In this document: positions 29,987 to 39,822 of the stretch, one piece after another
Position numbering within the stretch: the first letter of the stretch is position 1
Layout of the letters: each line of letters starts with the position of its first letter
Source: Thermoplasmatota archaeon
GTDB lineage: Archaea > Thermoplasmatota > E2 > UBA202 > JdFR-43
Direction: 5' to 3'
Length of the DNA stretch: 64,000 nucleotides
NCBI GenBank assembly: GCA_029259055.1
Contig: JAPDJP010000007.1
Coordinates: 3,289 to 67,288 of the forward strand
The notes under the pieces: generated by a model
Told to the model about the DNA's origin: nothing
Databases searched by the model: none
What the model saw: the letters and a program-made list of their open reading frames with translations, nothing else
Position numbers and translations under genes: made by a program

Positions 29987-30619
29987 ATGTTAAAAATAAG
30001 ATGGCATGGTCATGCTTGTTTTGAAATATCAAATGAAAAAGTTATCGTTATAGACCCTCATGATGGAGTTTCTATAGGAATTCCCCCTCCAAAAACAAAA
30101 GCAGATATTATATTAATAACACACGACCATTTTGACCATAATCAGTCAAGAATTGTTGAAAAAGAGGGAAGCATAATAGTAAAGGAAGATAAAGAAATAG
30201 AAGGCATAAAAATAAGGGTGTTTAAAGCATATCATGATAGGGAAATGGGCAGTAAAAGAGGAGAAGTAAGAATATTTAAAATTGAATATAATGGTATAAG
30301 ATTCTGCCATCTTGGAGATTTGGGGCATGTGCTAGATGATGAAACAATTGAGAAATTGGGAGAAATTGATTTGCTCTTTATACCGGTAGGAGGAGTTTTC
30401 ACAATAGATGCCAATGAAGCCATAGAACTATGTAGAAAGATGAATGTTAAGGTAATTATACCTATGCATTACAAAATAGAAGGTCTTTCATTACCAATAA
30501 ACAGCATCGATTCTTTTTTAGAAAAGGCAGAATATGAAATAAGACACGTTGCAAATGAAATAGAAATAGATATCGAGGATTTGCCCAAGGAAAAAGAAAT
30601 ATGGGTATTTAGCTTATAA
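29987..30619 (+). CDS. Metal-dependent hydrolase, metallo-beta-lactamase fold (UPF0173 family)
   Basis: MLKIRWHGHACFEI start (ATG 29987) and ITHDHFDH zinc motif, with later HLGDLGH. The ORF track begins 30 nt earlier, at 29957. Confidence 0.8.
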   Translation: MLKIRWHGHACFEISNEKVIVIDPHDGVSIGIPPPKTKADIILITHDHFDHNQSRIVEKEGSIIVKEDKEIEGIKIRVFKAYHDREMGSKRGEVRIFKIEYNGIRFCHLGDLGHVLDDETIEKLGEIDLLFIPVGGVFTIDANEAIELCRKMNVKVIIPMHYKIEGLSLPINSIDSFLEKAEYEIRHVANEIEIDIEDLPKEKEIWVFSL

Positions 30620-30630
30620 ATTATCTATAC

Positions 30631-30894
30631 TTATAAATCATCAATTTTCCTCTCTATCTCCTCAATTAATATTTCCTCCGCATTTATCAAATCTAAAATA
30701 GTTCTATCAATATCTGTAATCTCTCCTTCTTCTGTTAATTCATCAACTCTTTTTTCGATTTCTGAAATGTTTACTTTTTCAACTACTTCTCCTTCTTTTC
30801 TAAATATTAATTTTATACCACAGGATGGACAATTCCCTATTACTTCTTCTCCTATAATAAACTCTTTTTTGCAGTTGGGACAAACAACCAACAT
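30631..30894 (-). CDS. Small MJ0042-like zinc-ribbon protein
   Basis: 87 aa. CPNCKKEFIIGEEVIGNCPSCG followed by an acidic helical tail. Confidence 0.45.
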   Translation of the reverse strand: MLVVCPNCKKEFIIGEEVIGNCPSCGIKLIFRKEGEVVEKVNISEIEKRVDELTEEGEITDIDRTILDLINAEEILIEEIERKIDDL

Positions 30895-30913
30895 GATAAT
30901 AAATAATCAAAAA

Positions 30914-31495
30914 CTATTTAGTTTTTCCTTCGTTAGCTCTAACACTAGGTCTAACCTTTTCTGCTCCCTTTCCTTTATTTCTTAATCCCCTCGCTTTCCT
31001 TCCAGCAGATGTTTTTCCTCTAAATACCCTCCCTTTTTCTTTACAAATCCAATTTATATCCTTATCATTTATAATTGCTGGATGGTTCCTGTCAACCAAT
31101 ATAACTTCATAGTAATGGTATTTTCCGTCTTTCCCAACCCAATATGAATTTAAAACTTCCATATTTGGATATTTTCTTGCTGCCCTCTCTTCAGCAATCC
31201 ATTGTATTGATTTTTTTGGGGTATACTTATTTACTCCCATTTTTGATGGCTTTCTTCCTTTATTTGGGCGCTCTTTTCTTCTCCCTCCTTTTCTTACCCT
31301 CACTCTTACGATAATAAAGCCCTGCTTTGCTTTATAGCCCAACGCCCTGGCCCTATCCGGACGCAAAGGTTTTTCTACTCTTACAATCGCTCCCTCCTTG
31401 CGCCACTGGATTAGGCGGTGCCATTGTGGGCTATTATAAGATGTATCTGGCCTTTTCCATATTTGGCGCAGATAATGATATAATCCTTTCGCCAT
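30914..31495 (-). CDS. rpl15e: 50S ribosomal protein L15e
   Basis: 193 aa. The start [17 protein letters not shown] and the basic composition throughout are characteristic of L15e. Confidence 0.95.
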   Translation of the reverse strand: MAKGLYHYLRQIWKRPDTSYNSPQWHRLIQWRKEGAIVRVEKPLRPDRARALGYKAKQGFIIVRVRVRKGGRRKERPNKGRKPSKMGVNKYTPKKSIQWIAEERAARKYPNMEVLNSYWVGKDGKYHYYEVILVDRNHPAIINDKDINWICKEKGRVFRGKTSAGRKARGLRNKGKGAEKVRPSVRANEGKTK

Positions 31496-31558
31496 TTGAA
31501 ATTGTAAAAAGAAGTGCTATATAATTATTTTGGATACTTTTATGTGCTCACTAAAAAA

Positions 31559-32224
31559 ATGCTTAAGGATTTGGAAAAATATGCCAAATATTGGTGGAAA
31601 GAAGAAGATGAAAAGGAATATTTGGAAATAAAGAAAGACCCCTTTAAATTGCTTATATTTACCATTTTGTCACAAAATACTTCTTCAAAAAATACCATGC
31701 TGGCTTATAAAAACTTAAAAAGTAAGTTCAAGATAGAGGTTACTTGCCTAGCAAATGCAAAGGAAAAAGACATTGCAAATGCTATTAGGCAGGGAGGACT
31801 CTATAGGATAAAAGCCAAGAGAATTAAGGAAGTTTCAAGAGAGATAAAGGAAAAATATGGTGGCCTGGACTGGATTTATAAAATGGATATAAAAGATGCC
31901 AAAAAAGAATTGAAGAAATTAAAAGGAGTAGGAGACAAAACAGCAGATGTAATAATATCTTCAATATATGGTTCAAAAAATGCTTTTGTAGTTGATACAC
32001 ACATGAGAAGAATAGCAATAAGACTTGGAATAGTTGATGAAAAAGCTACTTATGAAGAAATTCAAAATGCATTGATAAAATTATTTCCTTGGGATAGCAT
32101 AAAAAATGAAGAAAGGACATTGTCTTTGTTCTGGCTCATGGCAAAACATATATGCAATGCTAAAAAACCGAAATGTAATGAATGCATTTTTAAAGAAAAT
32201 TGTAAATGGTATAAAAAATTATAA
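31559..32224 (+). CDS. nth: Endonuclease III-like HhH-GPD base-excision DNA glycosylase with 4Fe-4S cluster
   Basis: LKGVGDKTADV (HhH-GPD), VDTHMRRI, and the C-terminal cluster CNAKKPKCNECIFKENC. Start chosen at the Met at 31559. The ORF track begins at 31514. Confidence 0.8.
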   Translation: MLKDLEKYAKYWWKEEDEKEYLEIKKDPFKLLIFTILSQNTSSKNTMLAYKNLKSKFKIEVTCLANAKEKDIANAIRQGGLYRIKAKRIKEVSREIKEKYGGLDWIYKMDIKDAKKELKKLKGVGDKTADVIISSIYGSKNAFVVDTHMRRIAIRLGIVDEKATYEEIQNALIKLFPWDSIKNEERTLSLFWLMAKHICNAKKPKCNECIFKENCKWYKKL

Positions 32225-32245
32225 ATGGCTTTCATAATTTAACAT

Positions 32246-33898
32246 ATGGAAATTTATAAAGAATATAAGGCTGCCCGTGGAAAGAATATTAGATGTAAAG
32301 GATGGCGCCAAGAAGGGTTATTAAGAATGTTTGAAAATAATTTAGAAAATGCGGAAATTCCGGAAAAGCTAATAGTTTATGGTGGCACAGGAAAACTGGC
32401 TAGGAATTGGGAATGCTTTCATAAGATAGTGGAGGCATTAAAAGATTTAGAAAATGATGAAACCCTTCTTATTCAATCTGGTAAACCCGTAGCCATTTTT
32501 AAAACGAGGGAGGAAAGTCCTCGAGTTTTAATAGCGAATGCAAATCTTGTGCCAAAATGGAGTACATGGGAAAAATTTTACGAATTGGAGGACTTGGGCC
32601 TAATAATGTATGGTCAAATGACAGCAGGTTCATGGTGTTATATTGGTACTCAAGGAATAATACAGGGAACATATGAAACATTTGCCGCATGTGCTAGAAA
32701 GCATTTTGACGGAAGCTTGAGGGGAAAATTTGTTTTAACGGGTGGCTTGGGAGGAATGGGAGGAGCCCAACCTTTAGCAATAAAAATGAATGGAGGAGCA
32801 GCATTAGTTGTTGAATGCGATGAAAAGCGTATTGATAGGCGGATAAAAGCTGGATATTGTGATGAAAAAACAGATGATTTGGATGAAGCTTTAGAAATAG
32901 TTAAAAATGCTAAAGAAGAAAAGGAAGCTGTATCTGTTGCTTTGCTTGGAAATTGTGCAGATGTACATCCTGAGCTGGTCAAAAGAGGAATTGTGCCAGA
33001 TGTTGTTACAGACCAAACTTCTGCCCATGATGCCTTAAATGGGTATGTTCCAGCTGGCTATTATGGAGATAATTTAAAAGAAGCCATCGAGTTAAGACAA
33101 ACCGACCCCAAGAAATATGTTGAGCTTTCAATGAAATCAATGGCGGAACATTGTAAAGCAATGCTTGCATTTCAAAAACAAGGTGCTGTAGTTTTTGATT
33201 ATGGAAATAACTTAAGGGGACAAGCTTACGAAGCGGGAGTTAAAAATGCTTTTGATTATCCAGGTTTTGTTCTAGCATATATTCGCCCCATGTTTTGTGA
33301 AGGAAGAGGACCTTTCAGATGGGTGGCTCTAACAGGGAATCCAGAAGATATTTTGATTACAGATGAACTGGTTGTGAAAATGTTTCCAGATAATAAGATT
33401 CTGGTTAATTGGATAAAGAAAGCAGAAGAAAACCTACCATGGGAAGGTCTTCCAGCAAGAGTATGTTGGCTTGGATATGGAGAAAGAGACAAATTTGCAT
33501 TAGAAATAAACAAGCTTGTTAGAGAAGAAGTTATTGGACCAATAGCAATATCTCGTGACCATCTGGATGCTGGAAGTGTTGCTTCCCCAAATAGAGAAAC
33601 AGAAAAAATGAAGGACGGGAGCGATGCAATTGCTGACTGGCCTTTATTAAACGCTTTGCTGAATTGCGCCGCCGGGGCAGATGCGGTGGCAATACACAAT
33701 GGAGGCGGGGTTGGCATAGGTTTATCAACGCATGCTGGAATGATCGTGGTATGTGATGGTAGTAAGCAAACAGATGAAAGAATAAAAAGAGTCTTTGTTA
33801 CAGACCCAGGTTTAGGAATAGTTAGACATGCAGATGCTGGTTATGAAAAAGCAATTGAAATGGCAAAAAGATTTGGAATAAAAATGCCAATGTTGTAA
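32246..33898 (+). CDS. hutU: Urocanate hydratase
   Basis: 550 aa. [23 protein letters not shown] (NAD site), TDQTSAHD and other near-invariant urocanase blocks. Confidence 0.95.
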   Translation: MEIYKEYKAARGKNIRCKGWRQEGLLRMFENNLENAEIPEKLIVYGGTGKLARNWECFHKIVEALKDLENDETLLIQSGKPVAIFKTREESPRVLIANANLVPKWSTWEKFYELEDLGLIMYGQMTAGSWCYIGTQGIIQGTYETFAACARKHFDGSLRGKFVLTGGLGGMGGAQPLAIKMNGGAALVVECDEKRIDRRIKAGYCDEKTDDLDEALEIVKNAKEEKEAVSVALLGNCADVHPELVKRGIVPDVVTDQTSAHDALNGYVPAGYYGDNLKEAIELRQTDPKKYVELSMKSMAEHCKAMLAFQKQGAVVFDYGNNLRGQAYEAGVKNAFDYPGFVLAYIRPMFCEGRGPFRWVALTGNPEDILITDELVVKMFPDNKILVNWIKKAEENLPWEGLPARVCWLGYGERDKFALEINKLVREEVIGPIAISRDHLDAGSVASPNRETEKMKDGSDAIADWPLLNALLNCAAGADAVAIHNGGGVGIGLSTHAGMIVVCDGSKQTDERIKRVFVTDPGLGIVRHADAGYEKAIEMAKRFGIKMPML

Positions 33899-33930
33899 TG
33901 CATTACCAAAACTTTTAATATCAAACTTAT

Positions 33931-35370
33931 TTGCTAATAATGAGTCATAAAATTTGCCCCTATTGTGGGGCTATGGTAGAAGATTTGGAAGAGCATATAC
34001 GCGAGCATGAAATGGAATTGCTGAATAAAATGAAAGAGGAGCAGAAAGAGATTATGCATGATATGAAAAGATACTTTCCTGATATCTATATAAATTTTTT
34101 AGAAGACCTATCAAAAGAAGAAAACAGAGAGATAAAAATGTTATGTGCAGCAGAATTCCTCTCAATGAATGAGTTTGAAAGAGCTGAAAAGGTTTTTAAT
34201 TCCCTATTAGATAAACCAGATGCAGATATTTATAATGGGCTTGGAATTTGTTATAGGAGAATGGGTAAAAATAAAGAAGCCCTTGAATGCTTTAAGAATG
34301 CCATGAAATATGGGGAAAGGAAAATATCTGTCATAAATATATGCGATTTATATGAAGAGGAGGAAAGATTCGAAGAGGAGGAGGAATTTTTAAATAATTT
34401 GATAAAGAAATATGATGATGGATTTTTGTATGCTACATATGCAAGAATATTAATTATTTTAGGAAAATTTTCTTTAGCAGAAAGAATTGCGAGAAAGGCA
34501 ATAGATTTGGGGGAAGAAATGGAAGGATATATTCAACTTTCCTTTTCATTGATTATGCAAGGGAAGGAAAAAGAAGTAGAAAAAATATTACTTGATTTTA
34601 ATAAAAAGTATCCAGATAAATTACAGCCCTATATTTTACTATCAAATTTATATATAGACACGGAGCCAGAAAAAGCAGAGGAATATTTAGAGAAACTATA
34701 TGAAAAATCTAGAGAGCCATTCGTAATGGAATTCCTGATTACAAGCTATATTAAATTAGGAAAAGAAGAGAAATCTGAAGAATTGTTAGAAGAAGCGATT
34801 GCTTTGCATAAAAATAATGCTAATTTTTATGTTCTTAAAGGAATTTTTTTGATGAAGAGAGGAGAAAACGAGGAGGAGGCTTTTAAAAAAGCCATCAAAT
34901 TATCTTCCTCAAAAGATGTTTTTATCAAAATAGCAGATATTTATATAGATATAGGAGAGTATGAGAAAGCAATTGAATATGTAGAGGAAGCTGAAAAATT
35001 ATATGGGAAGGATGAAATCATAAAATGCATTAAAGGCGATGTATTTTTTGAAATGGGCAAATTTAAAAATGCTCTCAAAGAATATGAAGAATCTCTTAAA
35101 ATTAAAGAAAATGTTGATGCATATTTGGGAATAATAAAATGCTACGAAATGGCTGGTAGATATAAGGATGTAGAAAATATTTACGAGAAATTGATGAAAG
35201 AATATAAGAATGGGTGGCTATGGTATTACTATGCAGATTTTTTAAAAAATATAGGTAAATTAGAAGAAAGTAAAAAAATTTGTAATGAAGCACTAAAAAA
35301 ATTTGATGATAATGAGCTTTTAAATGAAATAGAAATGTTGCTTGAAGAAATAGATGCCCATGCAAATTGA
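33931..35370 (+). CDS. TPR-repeat protein with N-terminal zinc-ribbon-like CPYC...H..H motif
   Basis: 479 aa. CPYCGAMVEDLEEHIREH, then many 34-aa TPR-like units (e.g. YNGLGICYRRMGKNKEALECFKNA, GDVFFEMGKFKNALKEYEESL). Its 3' end overlaps the hutH start by 17 nt. Confidence 0.7.
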   Translation: MLIMSHKICPYCGAMVEDLEEHIREHEMELLNKMKEEQKEIMHDMKRYFPDIYINFLEDLSKEENREIKMLCAAEFLSMNEFERAEKVFNSLLDKPDADIYNGLGICYRRMGKNKEALECFKNAMKYGERKISVINICDLYEEEERFEEEEEFLNNLIKKYDDGFLYATYARILIILGKFSLAERIARKAIDLGEEMEGYIQLSFSLIMQGKEKEVEKILLDFNKKYPDKLQPYILLSNLYIDTEPEKAEEYLEKLYEKSREPFVMEFLITSYIKLGKEEKSEELLEEAIALHKNNANFYVLKGIFLMKRGENEEEAFKKAIKLSSSKDVFIKIADIYIDIGEYEKAIEYVEEAEKLYGKDEIIKCIKGDVFFEMGKFKNALKEYEESLKIKENVDAYLGIIKCYEMAGRYKDVENIYEKLMKEYKNGWLWYYYADFLKNIGKLEESKKICNEALKKFDDNELLNEIEMLLEEIDAHAN

Positions 35371-36865
35371 TGGGGAAAATCTTACCATAGAGGGAATAAT
35401 AAAAGTAGCAAGAGGAAATGAAAAGGTAGAGATAGACAAAAAGATAGTTACAAAAATAAAGAAATCAAGAGAAACTATTGAGAAGATTTTAAGGGAAGGC
35501 AAGCCAATATATGGAGTAAATACCGGATTTGGGGAGCTTGCAAATGTTAGAATAAATAATGATAAAATAGAAAAATTGCAAGAAAATCTTATAAGGAGTC
35601 ATGCATGTGGAACTGGGGAGGCATTACCGGAGGATGTTGTTAGGGCAATGGTATTGCTAAGGTTAAATTCTTTAGCAAAAGGATTTTCAGGTGTAAGATA
35701 CGAATTGCTGGAAAAATTGGCGGAAGTGCTGAATAAAAATTTTTATCCATATGTGCCTTCTCAAGGTTCTGTGGGGGCGAGCGGTGATTTGGTACAACTT
35801 GCTCATATTGCATTAAGTTTAATAGGGGAGGGAGAAGCCATATATGATGGAAAAGTGATGCCTTCAAAAGATGTTTTAAAAATTTTGGGAATCAAGCCGA
35901 TTAAATTAAAAGCTAAAGAAGGGCTGGCTTTAATAAATGGTTCGCAATTTATGACAGCAATAGCTTGTCTAGCTTTATATGATACCTACAATTTAATAAA
36001 AAATGCGCAAGTTGCTGGAATAATGAGTCTGGAAGCATTAAGAGGAACGGACCAAGCTTTTAGGGAAGAAATAAGTTTTGCTCGCCCTTACAGAGGACAG
36101 ATAAAAGCTACAAGAAACTTATGGAAATTGACTAGGAATAGCAAAATTATCGAGTCATATAAAGAACGTGTTCAAGATGCATATAGTTTACGCTGCATGC
36201 CGCAAGTTTTTGGAGCAATGTATGAAGCATTGGATTTTATAAAAGGCATTTTGGAAGTTGAAATAAATTCAGCAACAGATAATCCTTTAATTTTTGAGAA
36301 CGAGGTTATATCAGGAGGAAACTTTCATGGAGAGCCTGTTGCAATAGCATTAGACTTGCTTAACATTGTATTGACGAAAATTTGTAGTTTTTCAGAAAGA
36401 AGGATTTATAGACTTCTCGATGAAAAATTATCTGATTTACCCCCCTTTCTTACGAAGGAACCCGGACTAAATTCTGGATTGATGATTTTACAGTATGTTG
36501 CAGCTTCTCTAACAAGCGAAAATAAAAGCATGGCTTATCCAGCGAGTGTTGATTCTATTCCAACATCTGCTAATCAAGAGGATTACCAATCTATGGGAAG
36601 TATTGGAGCAATAAAATGCAGGAAGATTTTAAGAAATGCAGAAAAAGTCATTGCAATAGAATATATGGTAGCGACGCAAGCATTAGATTTTATAGATTTA
36701 GAACCATCACCAGCTACAAAAACAGCATACAAATTCATAAGAAAACACGTTGAGAAATTGAGAGAAGATAGAACCCTATATAAGGAAATAGAAAAAGTTT
36801 CAAATCTTGTTCACAGTGGTAGTATATTAAAGGAAGTGGAAAAAGTTGTAGGAAAATTGGAATAG
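35354..36865 (+). CDS. hutH: Histidine ammonia-lyase
   Basis: 503 aa. MIO-forming GSVGASGDL motif plus YGVNTGFG and NFHGEP. Confidence 0.95.
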   Translation: MPMQIDGENLTIEGIIKVARGNEKVEIDKKIVTKIKKSRETIEKILREGKPIYGVNTGFGELANVRINNDKIEKLQENLIRSHACGTGEALPEDVVRAMVLLRLNSLAKGFSGVRYELLEKLAEVLNKNFYPYVPSQGSVGASGDLVQLAHIALSLIGEGEAIYDGKVMPSKDVLKILGIKPIKLKAKEGLALINGSQFMTAIACLALYDTYNLIKNAQVAGIMSLEALRGTDQAFREEISFARPYRGQIKATRNLWKLTRNSKIIESYKERVQDAYSLRCMPQVFGAMYEALDFIKGILEVEINSATDNPLIFENEVISGGNFHGEPVAIALDLLNIVLTKICSFSERRIYRLLDEKLSDLPPFLTKEPGLNSGLMILQYVAASLTSENKSMAYPASVDSIPTSANQEDYQSMGSIGAIKCRKILRNAEKVIAIEYMVATQALDFIDLEPSPATKTAYKFIRKHVEKLREDRTLYKEIEKVSNLVHSGSILKEVEKVVGKLE

Positions 36866-36949
36866 CGCGGGGAGCGAGATTCGAACTCGCGCGGGCAAAC
36901 GCCCACAGGATTAGCAATCCTGCGCCGTACCAGGCTGGGCCATCCCCGC
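36866..36949 (-). tRNA. tRNA-Ser (anticodon GCU)
   Basis: Reverse complement is GCGGGGATGGCCCAGCCTGGTACGGCGCAGGATTGCTAATCCTGTGGGCGTTTGCCCGCGCGAGTTCGAATCTCGCTCCCCGCG. Long variable arm, anticodon loop TTGCTAA, 84 nt, no CCA. Confidence 0.9.
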
Positions 36950-36986
36950 TTGTATAGAAAATTTGTGAGCAATTAAAAACTTTTCT

Positions 36987-37910
36987 TCAAAAATTCTTCC
37001 TTGTCAATAAAGCCATTAGCACACCGAGTTTTGTTAATTCTAATCTTGTAATTTTCTTTGAAAGGAACCAAACAGCTCCTTTTTTCATTTCTTCCTTATC
37101 TTTAAAAGGTATAACCTCTTTCATTTCTTTTCCATTCAGCTTTTCCAGAATCCATTGCGGACATTGGAAGGAGGGGCTTTTTCCAAAAGTTATGTAACCG
37201 AGTTTATCCATTACAGCAACATACTGCTCAACAAAAAATATGCCATCTTCTTCTCTTATTCCTGATTCTATTCCAATTCCGTAATCAGCATTTCTGCATG
37301 CCTCCCTTGCTCTTTTTATTGCTCCTTCAATTATTTCTTTTCCAAATGGTTGTTTTTTTGTTTTAACCTCTATACTTTCATATTCAATTTTTATTTCATC
37401 AAAAAATTCATTGAAAACTTCTTTTACCGCCATAATTTTTACTTCATTTTTTGAACCAATACATATTTTCATGGGCTTAATTCTTTTTCCTTCTTCAATC
37501 TCTCCATTTTTAATTCTGCTTGTTGCAATTGGAATGCCATCGTTAGCAAAAACATATGGAATTTTTATTATTTTTAATTCCTTTAATCCTTTGTTCCTCC
37601 TAATTTTATTTATTTCCATTGCTCTTTCTTCCGTTTCTGGAGAAACAATAATTGCATCAAAGTCTTCTTCTATAGCAGGACCAAAAACATCATTTAATGG
37701 GAGAATTTTAGCTTCGCCAAATTTTTTTAAAAATTCTCTTAACTGCTTCTCCCTCTCTCTGTATGATTTCGCTTTTTTACCCAATTTCTTTACCAATTCA
37801 TCTGTTGATAACCCAATATATATTTCCTTTCCTATTTCAAATGCTTTTTTTATCAACGCTTTATGACCATCATGGATTATATCAAATGTACCCCCTAAGC
37901 AAACCTTCAT
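36987..37910 (-). CDS. Fusion: archaeal phosphopantetheine adenylyltransferase (cytidylyltransferase fold) + DUF84 non-canonical purine NTP phosphatase (YjjX-like)
   Basis: 307 aa. N-terminal GGTFDIIHDGHKALI (HxGH nucleotidyltransferase) ... SPETE...INKIR. The C-terminal half has ICIGSKNEVKIMAV, PFGKEIIEGAIKRA and YGIGIESG, typical of DUF84 ITPase/XTPase. Confidence 0.7.
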   Translation of the reverse strand: MKVCLGGTFDIIHDGHKALIKKAFEIGKEIYIGLSTDELVKKLGKKAKSYREREKQLREFLKKFGEAKILPLNDVFGPAIEEDFDAIIVSPETEERAMEINKIRRNKGLKELKIIKIPYVFANDGIPIATSRIKNGEIEEGKRIKPMKICIGSKNEVKIMAVKEVFNEFFDEIKIEYESIEVKTKKQPFGKEIIEGAIKRAREACRNADYGIGIESGIREEDGIFFVEQYVAVMDKLGYITFGKSPSFQCPQWILEKLNGKEMKEVIPFKDKEEMKKGAVWFLSKKITRLELTKLGVLMALLTRKNF

Positions 37911-37976
37911 AAATAGTTAATGCGATATGAATAAATATCCTTTGCAAAAATTTTTATAAAATAATATAATAAAAGC

Positions 37977-38216
37977 ATGGAAGAATTGCTGCTATTTTCA
38001 TCCATTGTTATAACAGGATTGTCTTTTTTGCTTTTTTTCATATCGATGATTTCTTATATTAGAATGAAGGAAACGAAGTTATTTTTCATATCAATAGCTT
38101 TTCTTATTTTCTTTATAAAAGGTTTTGTAGCAATAGTCAGTGACTTAACAAATTATTTAATTCTGTTTGATTTAATAATAATCGTATTACTTTATGTAGC
38201 AGCCGCCAAAAAATGA
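37977..38216 (+). CDS. Small two-TM membrane protein (hypothetical)
   Basis: 79 aa, two or three hydrophobic helices. Its stop overlaps the start of the following wHTH gene (ATGA). Confidence 0.4.
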   Translation: MEELLLFSSIVITGLSFLLFFISMISYIRMKETKLFFISIAFLIFFIKGFVAIVSDLTNYLILFDLIIIVLLYVAAAKK

Positions 38217-38743
38217 AGGAAGATTATCTAGCTTTAGAAACGAGAAAAAAAATTTACGATTTGATTGCCAACTCTCCAGGATTACATAAAAGACAGATTG
38301 CCCGTCAGCTCAATATGTCTTTGAGTACAATAGATTATCACCTACATTATATGGAAAAAAGGGCGATTATTACTTCAAAACAAGATGGGAAATACAAAAG
38401 ATATTTTATTGCTGAAAAAGTATCACCAGTAGATAAAAGAATTCTTTCTATTTTGCGCCAGGAAACACCGAGAAAAATTGTTATTTTTTTGATAGAAAAT
38501 CCCAGAGCTATTCATAAAGAAATTTGTCAACATATCAAAAAAGCCCCCTCAACTATATCTTTTCATTTAAAAAAATTAATCGAAGCTGGAATAATTGAAG
38601 AAATTTCATTAGGAAAAGAAAAAGCATATATTGTTAAAAATGTCGAAAAGGTTGTTGATTTACTAATTTCATATAAAAGCACATTTCTTGATAAAGCTGT
38701 TGATAAATTTGTTAATGCTTGGGCTGGTTTTGGAAAACGTTAA
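38213..38743 (+). CDS. Winged-helix (ArsR-like) transcriptional regulator with two wHTH units
   Basis: 176 aa. IYDLIANSPGLHKRQIARQLNMSLSTIDYHLHYMEK and a second unit IVIFLIENPRAIHKEICQHIKKAPSTISFHLKKLIEAGII. Confidence 0.6.
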   Translation: MKEDYLALETRKKIYDLIANSPGLHKRQIARQLNMSLSTIDYHLHYMEKRAIITSKQDGKYKRYFIAEKVSPVDKRILSILRQETPRKIVIFLIENPRAIHKEICQHIKKAPSTISFHLKKLIEAGIIEEISLGKEKAYIVKNVEKVVDLLISYKSTFLDKAVDKFVNAWAGFGKR

Positions 38744-39781
38744 TTATTTCCTAAATATGTAAAAAGTAGCTAAAGCTATTATAAGCAAACCAAAACATGT
38801 TGCCATAATTTTTCCAAATATGTTTTCCAGAATAAATTCTATACTGATAATATGCTCGCTAAAATGTGGAATTGTTATTAGTAAAAATGCTCCATCTTCT
38901 GAAAGAAGCTTATAATATTCAGGATTGGAGCCATCATCATCTGGATTTAAAATATCTTCAAAACTACTCGCCTCTTCTATTGGCTTACCATCATATTTTA
39001 TTAAAATTTTATCTGATAGACAAACATTTTTTCCTAAATTGACTTTTATAATTTTCCCCCCTTCACAATCTCCATTTATTTTTAAAATTATCTTTCCATT
39101 TTCAATTTTTGCTGGAGTAATGGTAACATTTCCAAAATATGAAATGAAATCTGTGTCATTTTTTATGTCACAACCTACAATTGTTATTTCTCCTCCTATA
39201 ACTTTTTCTTTTAAAGCTTCTTCAATTTTTTCTCCTTCTTCAAAATGAGAAAAGCTAACTAGAATTATATCATCGTATGCTGTGATATTTTTATCAACCT
39301 CGATTGGCTTACTACTCATTAAAGTAGCGCTGAAATTTTGCTTATACAATTTTACTAAATTATCTTCTATTTTATTTACTTCATAATTAATGTTGCTAAA
39401 AACAATTTTATCTGCAAATATTCTTAAAAACCTTGTTGGTACATCATGTAATTCAATTGTACAGCCTCCATATTCCAGGGTAAAACGTGCACCTTTTATA
39501 TTAATGGGGGCAAGAGCATTTTTAATTTCTTCCTTTAAAAATGGGTCTCTTTCAACGAGTCTATTTAACGTTTTAAAAAAATGTATTACCAACTGTATCG
39601 AATCATTTTTATAAACAATATCCATAATATGTTGTCCATTAGAATAACAGGAAATTTTTCCTTCCAATCCTGCTGGAAGATATTTTCCCATTATTTTTCC
39701 ATCTTGTTGTTCAAATCCTCCTAAATCAATTGCGGAAGCAAAAGGAAAAATAAACAATATAAGCATTACAAGTAATCTCAT
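38744..39781 (-). CDS. Secreted protein with C-terminal TM anchor (hypothetical surface protein)
   Basis: 345 aa. Signal peptide MRLLVMLILFIFPFASA and a C-terminal hydrophobic anchor CFGLLIIALATFYIFRK. No catalytic motif recognised. Confidence 0.45.
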   Translation of the reverse strand: MRLLVMLILFIFPFASAIDLGGFEQQDGKIMGKYLPAGLEGKISCYSNGQHIMDIVYKNDSIQLVIHFFKTLNRLVERDPFLKEEIKNALAPINIKGARFTLEYGGCTIELHDVPTRFLRIFADKIVFSNINYEVNKIEDNLVKLYKQNFSATLMSSKPIEVDKNITAYDDIILVSFSHFEEGEKIEEALKEKVIGGEITIVGCDIKNDTDFISYFGNVTITPAKIENGKIILKINGDCEGGKIIKVNLGKNVCLSDKILIKYDGKPIEEASSFEDILNPDDDGSNPEYYKLLSEDGAFLLITIPHFSEHIISIEFILENIFGKIMATCFGLLIIALATFYIFRK

Positions 39782-39822
39782 AATTCTTTATATAATCATA
39801 TTTTATAAACAATCTGGTACAA

